Shown here: positions 25,155-38,886 of the stretch, piece by piece | Layout of the letters: every line of letters begins with the position of its first letter | Numbering within the stretch: the first letter of the stretch is position 1 | From: Octopus sinensis | Lineage: Eukaryota | Direction: 5' to 3' | Assembly (NCBI RefSeq): GCF_006345805.1 | Contig: NC_043012.1 | Location: forward strand, 18,910,001 to 18,974,000 | Length of the DNA stretch: 64,000 nt | Program-made: the position numbers and the translations under genes | Notes under the pieces: model-generated | What the model saw: only the letters and a program-made list of their open reading frames with translations | Databases searched by the model: none | Told to the model about the DNA's origin: nothing

Positions 25155-25450
25155 GACCCCCTTTGGTCACGACACTGACATTGGGATTGCACCTAGAAAG
25201 TTACCCTCCTAGTCGCAAGTCTGGTCAAGGCGGTTTTATGGAAGACCAGCAGTCGCCCATGCATACCGGCCTCCCCTCTCCACGTCACCAGTGTTATCCA
25301 AGGGAAAGGCAACAGCCGATACAGCTTGGCACCCGTGACGTCGCAACTCATTTCTACTGAAGAACACAACACTCAGCCCGGTCCGGGATTCGAGCTCACA
25401 ACCAACACGATCGTAAGCTCGACGCTCTAACCACTGAGCCATGCGCCTTC
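25155..25450 (-). mobile_element. tRNA-Arg(ACG)-related SINE, family S2, with internal deletion
   Basis: Minus-strand head gaaggcgcatggctcagtggttagagcgtcgagcttacgatcgtg...agctcgaatcccggaccgggc (A and B boxes, TTACGAT loop). Body highly similar to 40183-40526. Confidence 0.9.
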
Positions 25451-26949
25451 ATATATACATACATACATACATACATGATACTCTGTTTTATTTCCGTAGA
25501 TTTGTATAAATGATTTGCATTTTACATGTGCCCAACATTACATGTCATTTTAATTTTAGGAATTTTTAAGCGAAATGAATTATTATGTGCACGTTCTAGA
25601 CTAATATCGTCACTTACATGTTTATGTATGCCTGACAGTCAACCCTCGTGCTACACGTTCGAATTTACGCCAGTACTTTTTATTATCACTATTCATATGA
25701 CTAAGAAAATTCACGGAACTTATTTATGTAGCGAAATATGGAAATGGGAAATTTGTGCAATATGCTTGGATGCATGCATATAAGTGTTAAAAGTATTGAA
25801 GTTATTCAGAAATGTGAACCATATTTTATCTCAATTCGCCTGCCTTTCAGTTTAAGTTACATATATTTAAAATGATTTTAATTATCTCGCGATAAAATCG
25901 AAGTTATAACTAGTACATGCGATGCTATGCATTTTACTCTTTGAACAGCAATCATTTCTATCTAAGATCACGAAGCCAATTTATAATTCTGTAATGATTC
26001 GAAACGACAGGAAATCATACAGCTGACTGCAGCAAGTTATGGCTAATTGCACTATAATTTTAAATACTTTCATGCTAGCTCATGGCTGCTGAAAATATTT
26101 AAAGTAATATGCATGCTTATTCAGAAAGCCTTTTAGATGAAATAAAGCCAGTTTTGATGGCAGTGCAATTGAATCATTTTATTGCGTTACATTGCATTTA
26201 AGTCTGGCCTTCATGCCAAATGTCTCTATAAATGAACAAAACCTATCAGACTTTATACAGAGGAATTAATAAATGCTTCACCGAGCGTAAATACTGGTTA
26301 GGTTATTGGCATATCACTATATTTTCTATCAGCGAACTGTACTCCATGCCATCCTGCTTACACGTATATAGCTACGTTCAAAATAGTATGCTCTGACTTA
26401 AGTATGTCACTCACTATGATGTTTCTACACTTATATTTATTTTAATCTTTATCGATAATTTAGATTTGTATTTATCCAAATGTTAATACAATTAAAACTA
26501 ATGTATTTAACACATTAAAAGATAAAGATAATTTTACATCAGCTTCAGTTTTCTATGTTTAGAATGTGTCCCTTTAGAAAATAGCGTAAATAGGTGAACT
26601 CGCCAGAAAATGAAACATAGATGAAGAAGCCTCACGAAGTTTTCAATTTCTTGTACGTTCATCTATTTTAGCTAAATAAAGTGGTAATAAAATTTACATA
26701 GAATATATTCATAAAAGGCTAAAGAATTATTAAAAAAATGTATATTTAAAAAATGTCAATAATATAACTGTATGAGGAAACAAATACGAATTCTAAATAA
26801 AGAGAACATATAGTAATTGCTGGCTCTTGTAACAGATTTATTGATAAACGTTAAACTATTTAGTGTGTATGTACACAAATATAGACTTAAGGAGACTCTC
26901 TGGAATAGTAAAATGAACATATAGACTAAACCAGTTTCATTGAGCGTCC

Positions 26950-27700
26950 ATATATGCGACGTGAATGACAGAGAAAGATGTGTATGGCCAGTCATTGGCA
27001 GGTATGGTTTCTTAAGACTTCCCGTTGTTTTCTTCTTTAGCCTCTTGACGTAGTTCATTGAACAACATCCCACGCAGTCTACATAAATCACGAGGTAGTA
27101 AATCATTATTGGTCATCTACTCTTGCGCTTTCTACATTTGTATGGCATTAAGGAGAAGGCACTGTTGATGGCATTCATTAGGTTCCTGACCAATCCATCT
27201 CAGTCGGCGTTCCTTTATCTTTGCAGGCATTTACTTTTCCTCAGTCTTTTGGTTCAATGCATCATTGGAAACGTAGTCGTTATGGGGTATCTCAAATAAT
27301 TTCTTGAGGTTTCTTGTGTGAAAAATGTTTATCATCGCCCTTGCCAATTTGTATTTATTAACTGCCTTGCATTCATAAGTAAAAATATCGGAAGACATAG
27401 ACTTTTGTACATCTTTATTTTCGCTCTTAGGCTGATATCAGACGAAATAGCTTCACATGCTACTCTCCTGTCTAAGTTGACGTTGCTTGAGTTGTGAGAT
27501 ATACCAGTTACAGTGGATCCAAGGTAAGTGAATTTATCAATCCTGGATAGCTGCTTTACTTTTGCCAGGACGCCAGGTGTTAACATTAATCGTCATGTAC
27601 TCTATCTTCGATCCGTTTAACCCGGAGCTATAACGAAACATTCTTGCCAGAATTTCACTATTAGAAGCGCAGAAGATGCCTCATGATTCTCAAGATCAGG
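26950..27700 (-). mobile_element. RTE-clade LINE fragment (RT C-terminal half), pseudogenised
   Basis: IDKFTYLGSTV, ISLRAKIKMYKSLCLPIFL, IFHTRNLKKLFEIPHNDYVSNDAL and KIKERRLRWIG match RTE ORF2 motifs. Confidence 0.8.
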
Positions 27701-28857
27701 GAATTAAAGAATAGAGTATATCTCTGACTGTGTTTAGAAATATGCACTAATAACATCATTAATTCCTGGAATGAACTGCATGGATATATAAGCCCAATTT
27801 AAAGAATATACCGTATCGTGTAGCTAATATTTCAGGAACATAAGAAGGAAAGGAATGAATGAAGATGAGAAAATGTATGAAAATTGCTTAAATTAGCAAT
27901 AAATAAATATAAGGAATCCTTCTGCAAGGTACATTAATTAGAAATGATAGATAACTACAGCCAGATTCATTTACGAAATAATGCAAATGAATTGATGGAG
28001 TATGTGAATATTCTATTCAATGATAATGACTTAAAATCAGAAATTGGATTCTGGCATATTTTCTCTGTCTTAATAAATTTTATATCAAATATGATGCATT
28101 GCAGCAACCAAAATATATTCCTTCTGGTACAAATTTGTATCTCAAGAATTTTAGACGTTATGAAGTTACATACAAATAGATGAGTGCGTGTGTGCGTGCG
28201 AATGACTGCGCGCGCTGTTCGTATACATAGAAAGGCTATGGTCGATTAAATATGGAGAACAGGAATCTTTATTTGTATCATGTACACGTTCTTAGCTTAT
28301 GCATTTCTGCAACTACACTAATATGGTCTTAAAAATATACGGCTACTATGATAAAATTCTACTTCATAAGAGATGGCAGGAAATGTAACCCTAGAACGGA
28401 ATAAGAAACAATTTGTTTATATTTTTATACTAATTATTTACATGCGCAGCTGAAGGTAAATTTCGAAGGATAAATGTCTAGTGTCTAGTTTATTCTCCAT
28501 GAAATGCCGGTGATTATAGAAGAGTTTGAATATAAATGAAATATTTTTATCAGCAAGATGTAAAAGATATCCCTATTTGTTTAATGATGGGAGAATTACA
28601 CTACTATCATGTGATCTATATTTGTTCTTGATTAACATATGCCCATTAAATATTTTCATAATTTAGAAAGCACAAAATAGAACATTATGTTATCGTATGA
28701 TTTTGTGAACTATCTGCTCATGGTAAACCACCGTAACACAACCATACAATTTATTTTTTCTAGTTTAAACATTAATTTTAGATGTAGACTGTGTACATGA
28801 CAGATTAAATATGGTGGCTTTTACATTATATTTTAAAATATGAGGAATTGTCTGTCT

Positions 28858-28985
28858 TACGGAATACACGCTGTGTTTTTCGTCTTTACCGTACGTGTTC
28901 AATTTCCTTTGAGGTTAGACATTCAAGTCCCTCTGGAGATGATTACAGTTGACTATACATCACGGTCGATATAATCGATTTCATC
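28858..28985 (+). mobile_element. Degenerate SINE S1
   Basis: gtttttcgtctttaccgtacgtgttcaatttcctttgaggttagac...cggtcgatataatcgattt. Confidence 0.55.
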
Positions 28986-29450
28986 CTTCTTTATAAATAT
29001 TGGTCTGATGCTTGCAGAATAAATCGATATTACTATTTACATTTCTAGTAATAATAACTGTATCATTACATTGCTTCAACATATTTTGTACGTAATTAAG
29101 AGAAGTGACGTCAATCAGAATAGACGTCCGTAGTAAATTAAACAGTCTACTCAAATATTTGATACAGCACGCAGAATACATGCGTAAACACAGAGCGTAC
29201 ATATACGCGTTTACATCATTACAGACACCGTCTCACCACTCTATGCCATGCACAACCTGCACAGCATATATGCGTACGTATACGCTCTAATATAAGCGAA
29301 TATGCAGACACACACGCATATGTACATATATATATGTATATCTATAAAAACCAGTATGTGTGTGTGTGTACTGAATGTGGTTTATGCACGTCCAGAAATT
29401 AGCACGCATGTCGCTCGAATTTTAGGACATTTGTCACGACCCTAGCTGTA

Positions 29451-29500
29451 TACTCTTTTACTTGTTTCAGTCATTTGACTGCGGCCATGCTGGAGCACCG
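29451..29500 (-). mobile_element. 3' end of SINE family S3
   Basis: tactcttttacttgtttcagtcatttgactgcggccatgctggagcaccg, homologous to 33030-33070. Confidence 0.6.
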
Positions 29501-29534
29501 TATGTTCATCAAATTATATTTCCCGAGGTACTCG

Positions 29535-29705
29535 CGGAAGGGGAAGTCGGTTATATCAGACCCAGTATTCGTCTTATTCTATCGACCCCGAAATGATAGA
29601 AGGTGAAGTAAATGTTGTCACAGAATTCCAAATCAGAGCGTAAAGACGAACGAAATATCGCTAAGAATTTTGCCCAGCGTGTTATCGATTCTGCCAGCTC
29701 CCATC
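29535..29705 (-). mobile_element. SINE S1
   Basis: ctatcgaccccgaaatga...gagcgtaaagacgaacgaaatatcgctaagaattttgcccagcgtgttatcgattctgccagctc. Confidence 0.8.
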
Positions 29706-29739
29706 CTTAATGATGGAATTATATTGGTTTGAAATTGTG

Positions 29740-29905
29740 AGGCAAAGCTAGCGTGTTCGAGGAATGGGATAAGTTGATTACATCGACATCAATACTCCAC
29801 TGATACTATTTTATCGACCGCAGTAAAATGAAAGTGAAAGTCAACCTCGGCGGAATTGGAACTCAGGACGTAAAGACGGATGGAATGTCGCTAAAATGTT
29901 TCATG
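29740..29905 (-). mobile_element. SINE S1
   Basis: gattacatcgac...ttttatcgacc...aaagtcaacctcggcggaattggaactcaggacgtaaagacgg. Confidence 0.8.
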
Positions 29906-32900
29906 TCGTCTCAAGAACTCTTCCAGGATTTATGTGATGTCACTTGTACAAATTTAAAACGCATGTGAAGCTGAGGAGGTATTCAATTGAGAATTGTATA
30001 GTCAGTGTTTACAACCAACTACATTTGCCATGCTACGATATAATAGCTTCTGGCGGATTTCAGAAGATAGCGTCATCCCCACTGAGGTGGTTTGATAATT
30101 TTAACATGTTGGCAACGACTCGTCCGAAAGATACGAAATTCGAATTTCTATGAATTTAGAAGTGATTAACAAAGCTTCCTTTATGTATCATACTTCCTAT
30201 TTCTTTATAGATTCCTTCTTAAATTTTTTTATTTATAAAAAAATAACACATTTTTTATTACTTTCAGATTTTACTATACATATTGGCACAAAAAATAACG
30301 CAATAATGTTTAAAAATTCTTTATTTTTTTATATCTGTTCAGAGATAGTGGAATATGGCGAACAGTGATGGAGATTAAGAAAATCGAAGGGAAAAAAGAA
30401 GAGTAATGCTGCATAATAGCATGTGAATCACATCACGAATAGCTGCTAGATTTCCGAATGTTATATAGTTGTCTGTAGCTGGAGAAACAACCAAATGTTT
30501 TTTCTAAGTGAGAACAGAGAGGGTGTTGTTGATGGAGAAGACAATAGGAGTGTATTATATATTGGAAAATAAAGGAAGATTATGGTTTGACGATTATCGG
30601 GTAATTCAAAAAATCTAAGGAGGTCTGCGTAGAAATTGGTTCTACCAGGTTAACGGGATAACATCTCTGAGCTGCTGGGTTAATTCTAACAATTCACCAA
30701 ACTGTTAATTTGTTTTCCGATACTTTATATGCCTCCCACGTGGGAAATATTTTACAATCATCATCATCCTAGGTTTGTATATTCGCGCGCTTATGTGTAA
30801 ATATGCTTTATTACTTTTGATTACAAGAATACATCCAAGAAAAGAGATGGTTACCAGCAAATACATGACTCCTTCGTTGTAAGCTTCATAGCAACAGTGA
30901 TATTTTTTAACTGTTCAGCTCTAGAAAATTTGCATATTCTTCCTATTCGAGTTACAAATATTAAATGTGAATTAACGAGTCTCTTTCGTGCGTAAACACA
31001 CTAGCATTTTTCAGAAGATATATCCAAGTATCCCGATAAAATTTTATATTGATAGAATTTTATATTTTGGGTAGATGAACTGAAATTTGCTAAGTAGTTG
31101 TCCATATATGCACTTTCTGCAGATTCTGGATAAGATTATGAGATTTGTAGGGCATCTAAATCCAGTGAATATTCATGTTATACTTTCCTATCACAAACAT
31201 CTATATCAAGGATTATATATTAGCGTTTCGTGAATTGATGTCAAAGTTCCACAAATATCAATTTATATACGTATTCATTTGGAAGTATGCTGTTTATAAA
31301 GTGTATCTTTACATTTCGTGCTATTTTGGATGTGCTTGTTGTTCGGGTTTTCATTGTTGAAATCATTTCGGCGGATGGTACTGTCTGTTGTTTTAGTAAA
31401 TAAATTATGTCTTAATGGGAGTAGCCACACGATGGGATTTTGTTCGGCAGCTGTTGAACAATTTTCTTAATTCACAGAAACATCCACATACTGGAATATT
31501 TTCTGCAATTTAAATCGTTTCTCTTACAAAGTTATTCTTGTATTTTGGGTTCATATCTTACACATTTATTCCTGTATTTTGGATCATCAGTAACCATTAT
31601 TAAAATTAATATACTAGTACATATTGACATTTTCCTTATTGCTATTAATATTACTTTCATTATTATGACATCATAGTTTATTCAATACATTAATATTTGC
31701 TTGTTTTCCTTTGGTACTTTTATTTATATTTAATGAAAGAGATAAATTTCAAATAGCAGGTGGGGGTTACTTATATAATCATCATAGAAGAATATATGTT
31801 AGCCGATTAAACAAAATCAAATCAAAAATCAAATTATATATTGCTTTGTTGATAATTTTAAATGAACCATCATTCCTTAATATTTTTTTTACTTGTAATA
31901 ATAATAATATAGTTTTAATGCCAAAGCCTATCACCCATTTCAGTTTTTGTAACAGATGGATCCGTCTCTCTACTCCTTCTTCAGATTCTATTCTGCGGCT
32001 GAATCTGTTCGCTTCGAAAGATAACTCTATCTTTCTTTGATTGATGACAGTGCAACTTTACGTTCCGAGCTATTTTCGATGTGCTTGTTGTCCTGGTTTT
32101 CATTGTTGAATTTTTAAAAATGTTGTTGCTGTTGTTGTCCCTCTTCCTTACGTTTTTATTATCATTTTCAAATTGTTTCATTCGTCTCATTTGATTAGAC
32201 TTATTTCTATAAATGGCACAAACTTACTTACAATATTTTATTTTTCCGAAAGTCGTTAATTCTCACTAGCCATGCGTAAAATATTCAAAAGAAGAGGAAT
32301 ACCTTAAAACCCTCAGAAATTTCCATTCGGAAAAGAAAAAAATAACAAGCAAACGTATCTAATCACATAATACTTGATAAATTGTGCAGGAATGAGAAAT
32401 AAATAAAACTAATAAAAGCAAAAGAAACAGTCTTAACAACAAAAACCTTCATTCCTGTAATACATAAAAAAACAATGCATAAAGCGATGATTTATTTATA
32501 TGCACGCATACACCAATACACATACATATACATGCACAAGTCGAGATATCCACGATAATGTATCCGTATAGTTATATTTTGTATGTGTATGCGTTGAGTG
32601 TGTGTTTGCTAGCATGGTAAACCGTTCGCTTGTATTAATGCACTCGTATATAGTTGCTTTTTAAATTTAGAGGTTGTGTATAATATTAAAGCTGTTACTA
32701 GGTAAGGTACAAATAACCCCATAAAAATACCAACCAGATTTTTCGTATTATATATATAATTCAAATTCACACTAGCCAGTCATTGTTTTGTCGAATATGC
32801 TTTTAAGCGTATCTGTAGTTGTAATTACTTCTTTCAGATAAGCAGTGATTACTGCAATTGTATGTTGTATAGATTTTATATTTTAATGAGTATAAGGTAC

Positions 32901-33024
32901 AACCACATTACGGATGTAAGCATGGTGAAAATTAGCATGGATAGTATAGAACCCACGCTTCATTGTTCTACAAATGCAAGGCTTCACTTAAGTGCATACC
33001 ACACATACACACACTCATGTATGT

Positions 33025-33418
33025 TTTTGGTTTGCTTTAGTCAAGTGATAACGGCAATGCAGGAGTCCTGCCTTAGAGGCATTCGGTCGAACAATTCGAC
33101 CCCAGGATTTATTCTTTTAAGCATAGTATATGTTCTATCGGTCTCTTTTGATATACACACACACGCACACACACACAAACACACACACGCACATACACAC
33201 GTACACACACACACACACACTCATATATATATATATACAGACATACATACACACACAACGGGATTCATTCCGTTTCCCTCTATTAAACGAACTCACATGG
33301 CTTCAGTCTGCTCGAGGCTATAGTAGAATACACTGGTCCAAGGTTCAGGCAGTGGGAGCGAACTAGAATCCATCTGGCTGGGAAGACAACTACTTACTCC
33401 ACAACCACTTTTGCGCCT
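33025..33418 (-). mobile_element. tRNA-derived SINE S3 with central (CA)/(TA) microsatellite
   Basis: Head on the minus strand at 33418-33258 (ggcgcaaaagtggttgtggagtaagtag...ctagttcgctcccactgcctgaaccttggaccagtgtattctactatagcctcgag), microsatellite 33150-33257, and tail 33025-33150 shared with 29451. Confidence 0.7.
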
Positions 33419-36338
33419 ATACATTATGATTCTATATAAGAATGCGCGTTCTCGCATATCTAAGTGCTGCCACACGCATGTATTTTAATTCAACTTGTTA
33501 CACATTCGAATCGCAAACGTAGTAAGTTTCATTCGCCTTTGTTTGTACGATCAGATTACCCAAACATTGTTTCTCGGTTTATGTATGAATAATATCTATA
33601 TGTATACTTGGCGATATATGTTCTGATATTTGTCGCTTCCCGCCGTTGATGTTGTAATCTAGTAAATAAGCTTTAACGTGCCGTTTGGGGATTTTGTTTG
33701 TAGTCCCTCACTGCGTATTAACATCTGAGAGCGTTCGAAAGTGGCCGAATGTTTGCCGATTACATTGCTTATTTAATTTAGCAATGGATGTTCAGAGTTG
33801 AACGGTGAGTTTTGTCCAATGATTTCCCTTCTTCTGCAAAAGTGACTTGTTATGAAAGTAATCAGGCAACAGCCAATCCGTTCAGTTATCTACTTGTTTT
33901 CTTTATTCGAGGTAAACCTAAGCTGAACATTCAAGTTTTATTTTTCTCTTCAAATGACCACAAATTCCTCCATCTTTCTGATTTTAAGGTTTATATATCC
34001 ACATCATTAGGTTAGAGATTGCTTCGAGATATTTATCTTGTGACAAATGGAGAGGGTTTGATTTCATTGTACTCTTGTTTATGCTGAAAACACCTGATGT
34101 AAAGCTTTCTCTCACTTATTGTTTTGGGAGACTTTTACTGTAGCCCATAATATTTCTCATTGGTACATATAGCTTTCTAGTATTCTGCTTCATTGAACGT
34201 GCATTAAAGGTTTGGCATGTAAGTCATTATTGAAGCTCTTGTCGTTGCGCCCTTGTCTTTCTCCCGGGAATTTTTCCCCAGGAAATATTTCTCTTGGCAC
34301 TTCGTCTTCCTGTTACCACAGCGATGTCATTACTGAGTCATCATATTTCATTTATGTTGCCGATCATGACCACTTTACCCAAGCCTAGCATTTCAAGATA
34401 ATTTCAATCATGCTATGTAAAATTTTAGTTGCTTCAATCATTTCTTGTTACTGAAAATACTATACTTGCATTCTGGAAACGATTTCTTGTAGTTGTATCT
34501 AGTGATTTTAGTAATAGCATAGGTAACATTAAGTGTCACATTGGCACAGTTTTTCGACTGAAAGCAGATGCAATTACGCCCCTTGAGAGGTGTTTTCGTA
34601 TCATTAACATTGATAATTGTACAGTGCATAAACAATTCCTACTGAGAAAGTTAATTCTTTTATATGTCACATGATATATTGTTAGGCTTGATCGAAATTT
34701 TAGACGCATAATATATTTGGCTAAATTTTCCAACATAAAGTTATTTATTTAATAATGCATAACTTGATATAATAACATGATACATACTAATTTTCACTAA
34801 TCACTTTAATTTAGACATTTCCCAAAACTTTAAAAGAAAAAAACATCGCCGTTTAAAACACACAATTTGGACAACAATTAGCGCGAATAACAGTTAAAAT
34901 CTCAAAGGGAAAATCGCTTCATCTCTGTAAATGATTTTAAACATGAATGTAAAAGAGACGTCAGTTTTGATAGAAGAAATAGAGACATTGAATATATTAA
35001 AGGAGGATGAATGTAAATTTCCATAAATATGTCAGTTACAACGGATAACTTTAGCTCTTGAACTACCAAGTGCTGTGGTTTAAAAGATAATATTTGACCC
35101 GTAACCAGTTTTATGCTTTGTATTTATTTTAAGTAAACTCTTCGAAGTGTAAAGATTATACGTATGATGTATACAAATATGAATGATTTAATTTAGTTAT
35201 ATTGGTCTGAAAATCCTACTACATGTAGCATAATGAGTGACAAAGCATTCACGTGAAAACTAGAATTTCCTTGTGATTCAATAAGTTAAAGCCATTTTGA
35301 AGTTATAGGAGAAAGGCATAGATGTTTAGTGTTTCATGTACCTGTTCTTCGAAAATATTGACAAAGAGATTCCGAAGTTCCACGTTAATTGAAATTAATA
35401 AAAGTAACTAAAACGTAAAATCAACTGCGTCGACACGAAAACGGAAACAGACCAGCGGGTTCCATCACGTACTATCTGTATATCATTGATCAAGAATAAA
35501 AGAGCTAATGCTGTGTTTCTTAGAAAACCAGCAATGACCAGGATTTTATGCACGAATACTTTCATAGCATGGCTTTGCAATTTTACATCGGTCATTAAAG
35601 ATAACAAAGCGAAATCTTAAGACTATAACAATGGCTGTTTCAGAATTTTGTCAATACCTAGGTTGACTCAACAGAAAGAAGAATAACGAATTATAAAATT
35701 AAAAGCCATATAATTCAGTCAATATATTGTAAAAGTTTCCACTTATAAAGTACGTAACATGTTAAAAAAAAAAATATTTCAACTTTTCGTCCCTGAGGAT
35801 ATTTTTTGAAGACATATTATAGGAAATTTATAATCAACTGTCAAATTTTGAAATTGGATTTCGCAGGTTTTCATACATGAGATGCAATATACAGTATCCA
35901 CATAGTCTGCCGAATGTGTAACTGTTATGACTGAACAGCTTTTATTACAACAATATTTACACTTGCCATCATTTATAATTTGAGGATTGTTACATGTGTT
36001 CATTTTAATTCAGAAATTGAACGCTCTCTGGAAAGCGCTACATAGAATTATTCATGGATTTATACATTTGGCGCTTTTCCATCGAGACAATGCTATTTCA
36101 GATTACTGGAAATATGTATAACCGCTTAAAAATCTTAACAATGGATCTAAATCAAGCATACAATGTTTATAAACGAATATCATTTTGCTATGGTAAGATA
36201 CTTCATAGCATATCATAGATACTTCATAATATTTAATGCAGTGAACTGCATTCTCTCATTTACATATTACGGAGTAATATGCCGCAGAACGAGAAAACAG
36301 TATTTAATGATACTGTTAAAGATACATAGAGATATATA

Positions 36339-36568
36339 CAGGGTGTTCAGGACGTCTCTCCGCAGTGAATATTTCATCCTGCGCATCACATTGGCGCTAC
36401 TTTGAGAGTTTTTCACTGAACGGATTATTTCTAAGGGACTTTGGCCACCAAGATCACCTGATTTAACACTGCCAGACTTTTTTTTCTGGGCAGCAATTAA
36501 AGGATCAGTGTACAATAATCGCTAAAAGCCATAAGATACTCACTGCGGAGTAATTTTCGAACGCCCTG
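36339..36568 (+). mobile_element. Internally deleted Tc1/mariner element (230 bp) with imperfect TIRs and TA target duplication
   Basis: TA|CAGGGTGTTC..CTCCGCAGTGAATAT at left and ATACTCACTGCGGAG..GAACGCCCTG|TA at right. Internal frame reads WPPRSPDLTLPDFFFWAAIKGSVY, the transposase catalytic-end motif. Confidence 0.9.
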
Positions 36569-36612
<44 letters not shown>

Positions 36613-36614
<2 letters not shown>

Positions 36615-36830
36615 GAATTAGAAAAAAATCACCTTTTATCAATTGAAAATGAACAATATAATTACACCATCTACCAAATATATACGTTATTATTATTATT
36701 TTGCGATTTACTTTATTATCGGTATATTATTGTTATTATATTTTTAATATTTCTCTTATATGCAATGTTCTAGACGGTGTAATTCTATTGTTCATTTTGA
36801 ATTGATAAAGGGTGTTTTTTCTAATTTACA
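36613..36830. mobile_element. MITE-like element with ~55-bp terminal inverted repeats in (TA)n
   Basis: 36617-36673 is complementary to 36771-36825 with few mismatches; TA flanks on both sides. Confidence 0.75.
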
Positions 36831-36962
36831 TATATATATATTATATTTTGTGTAATTTGATTTAGTATTTATAAATTGAATTTTTCCCTGTAAGTTAGGA
36901 ATAATATTCCCTCAAACTATTATATATATATATATATATTATATATATATATATATAATATA

Positions 36963-36995
<33 letters not shown>

Positions 36996-37359
36996 CATAC
37001 ATACATACACGCACACACGCACACATACACACCCATATAATATACATACAATTCTCTATTAGGTTATCTCTGCACCACTTATGTCTGTATCTGTGGATGT
37101 GTGTGATTGTGTGAATTGCTATATGTATATGTGCTTTTGTCGATGTAGGTGGTGCGATAATATGACACTGGGTTAACTTTATCACCTAACAGTTGCCTTT
37201 GGTGGTTTCGAGTTTTCTGCAATCATAGAGAACAATACCGAAGAGTATCGAATGACTTGTATGTGGCAGAATCGTTAGCTTTCTCCCTTGAGTAGTGTGC
37301 ATATTCTCAAGCGTACGTATTTACCAGGCAGAAGCATTAAAAACGTAATTTAATATGTA

Positions 37360-37760
37360 CGAGAGAAATCCCAAAAGTTAGGTCTCCAGAACGGTAGGAA
37401 TGTAGGGAATTTCTGCGTGCGGCTTTTGGCAACACAGTTGCGTTTGTTGTGCATGCACCTGCGCCTGCTTCTGCTTGTGCCCTGCTCAGTCTTGGTTTGC
37501 AGTAGAATCTGATGGAACTCTCGATTGATGCTACTGCCAAGTGTGAAGGTCACGCAATTGTTGGGCTTTTTGAAGGCAGAGAGCACTACACAAATTGAAA
37601 CCTATCACCAATTAACGGAAGTGCATGGCAAGTCGTGCATGGACGTCAAAAACTACATCAAATAGTGTAGAATGTTTGCAGCTGGTTGTACGGAAATTCA
37701 TGACGAAGAAAGAAGCGGGCGACCAACAATTTCTAACGAGACAGTCGCTTTAGTGTCAGA
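37360..37760 (+). mobile_element. mariner transposon 5' fragment (TIR plus transposase HTH region), pseudogenised
   Basis: TA|CGAGAGAAATCCCAAAAG start. From ATG 37512: MELSIDATAKCEGHAIVGLLKAESTTQIETYHQLTEVHGKSCMDVKNYIK*CRMFAAGCTEIHDEERSGRPTISNETV. Confidence 0.85.
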
Positions 37761-38457
37761 AGAGGATTTACGCCGGACTTGCCGTTGGAAAAAGAGATAA
37801 AGTCCACATAATAAGAGTACAATATATAAATAAAAAAGATATGATATGACGTAATATAGGCAGCTGGACAGACTTATTGTTGCATAAAAGTCAATGGAAA
37901 CAGCTTTTAATTATAACATTACAAATGATATGTATAATATCTCTTCCACATGAGATTATAATGAATCGGATACGCACTTGAACATATGATCAATGACATA
38001 CATAGTGAGCTCTATAGATTGTGAGTACACTGAGTTAGACGAGTTATATAGAATAGCTTATGTGATATATTAACAGGGGTATACACACTCACACACACAC
38101 ACATATATATTTATATATATTGCTAATATATATTGTTAATTTTAATGAAATATATTTTAAAATATTACCAAATTGTAAACACATAACAAACATGGACAGG
38201 AAATTGCGATGAAGAATATATATAAATGAAATGCAATTTTGAATATCTATACCCATGCAGGATTGGCATGGTAGAGAAGCTGCATCCCATCTTAGGTGAC
38301 GTTTTGTTGGAGTTACTACGGTGAGTAAATCTGATGGAGACGTCTCCTTAGTTGAACTTAGATATAACATAATTGATTATAGGTGTGCTATAACATTTAA
38401 TACTAAAATAATTTTATTGATTGTTAATTTCCGTATTAATCTTTTCTATCCCATATG

Positions 38458-38654
38458 TGGATTTATTTACATTATTTACACGATGAGGATATTTGTCGTC
38501 TTCTTCTTCGTTGTTAACACAACGTTTCAGCTGATATACCCTCCAGCATTCATTAGGTGTCTTGAGGAAATTTCGGACCTGGGTTCTCATTCCTGAGGTA
38601 TGTTCGATGCTATCATCATCATCATCATCACCATCATTGTTATTATTATTATTA

Positions 38655-38695
<41 letters not shown>

Positions 38696-38696
38696 A

Positions 38697-38728
<32 letters not shown>

Positions 38729-38740
38729 TATTATTATTAT
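38458..38740 (-). mobile_element. Headless inverted copy of the hammerhead-tailed SINE body with (AAT)n spacer
   Basis: Reverse complement aligns with 38886-39010. Decayed hammerhead ACAC-CTAATGA-A-TGCTG..CAGCT-GAAAC-GTT-GTGT at 38561-38516. Confidence 0.8.
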
Positions 38741-38744
38741 TAAT

Positions 38745-38824
38745 ATATGGCGTAGTGGTTAAGAACGCGGGCTACTAAACCCAAAACTCCGAGTTCGATT
38801 CCAAGCAGTGACCCGAATATTGAT

Positions 38825-38886
<62 letters not shown>

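Noticed and set aside
25375-25450. tRNA-Arg(ACG) gene (also 40183-40256 and a tRNA-like segment at 38745-38815)
   Set aside because: Acceptor stems are incomplete and each continues into a shared repeat body, so these are SINE heads.
35779-36003. Cys-rich 74-aa ORF (CKYCCNKSC...YCISCMKTC)
   Set aside because: Cys spacing matches no finger family I recognise, and there is no exon evidence.
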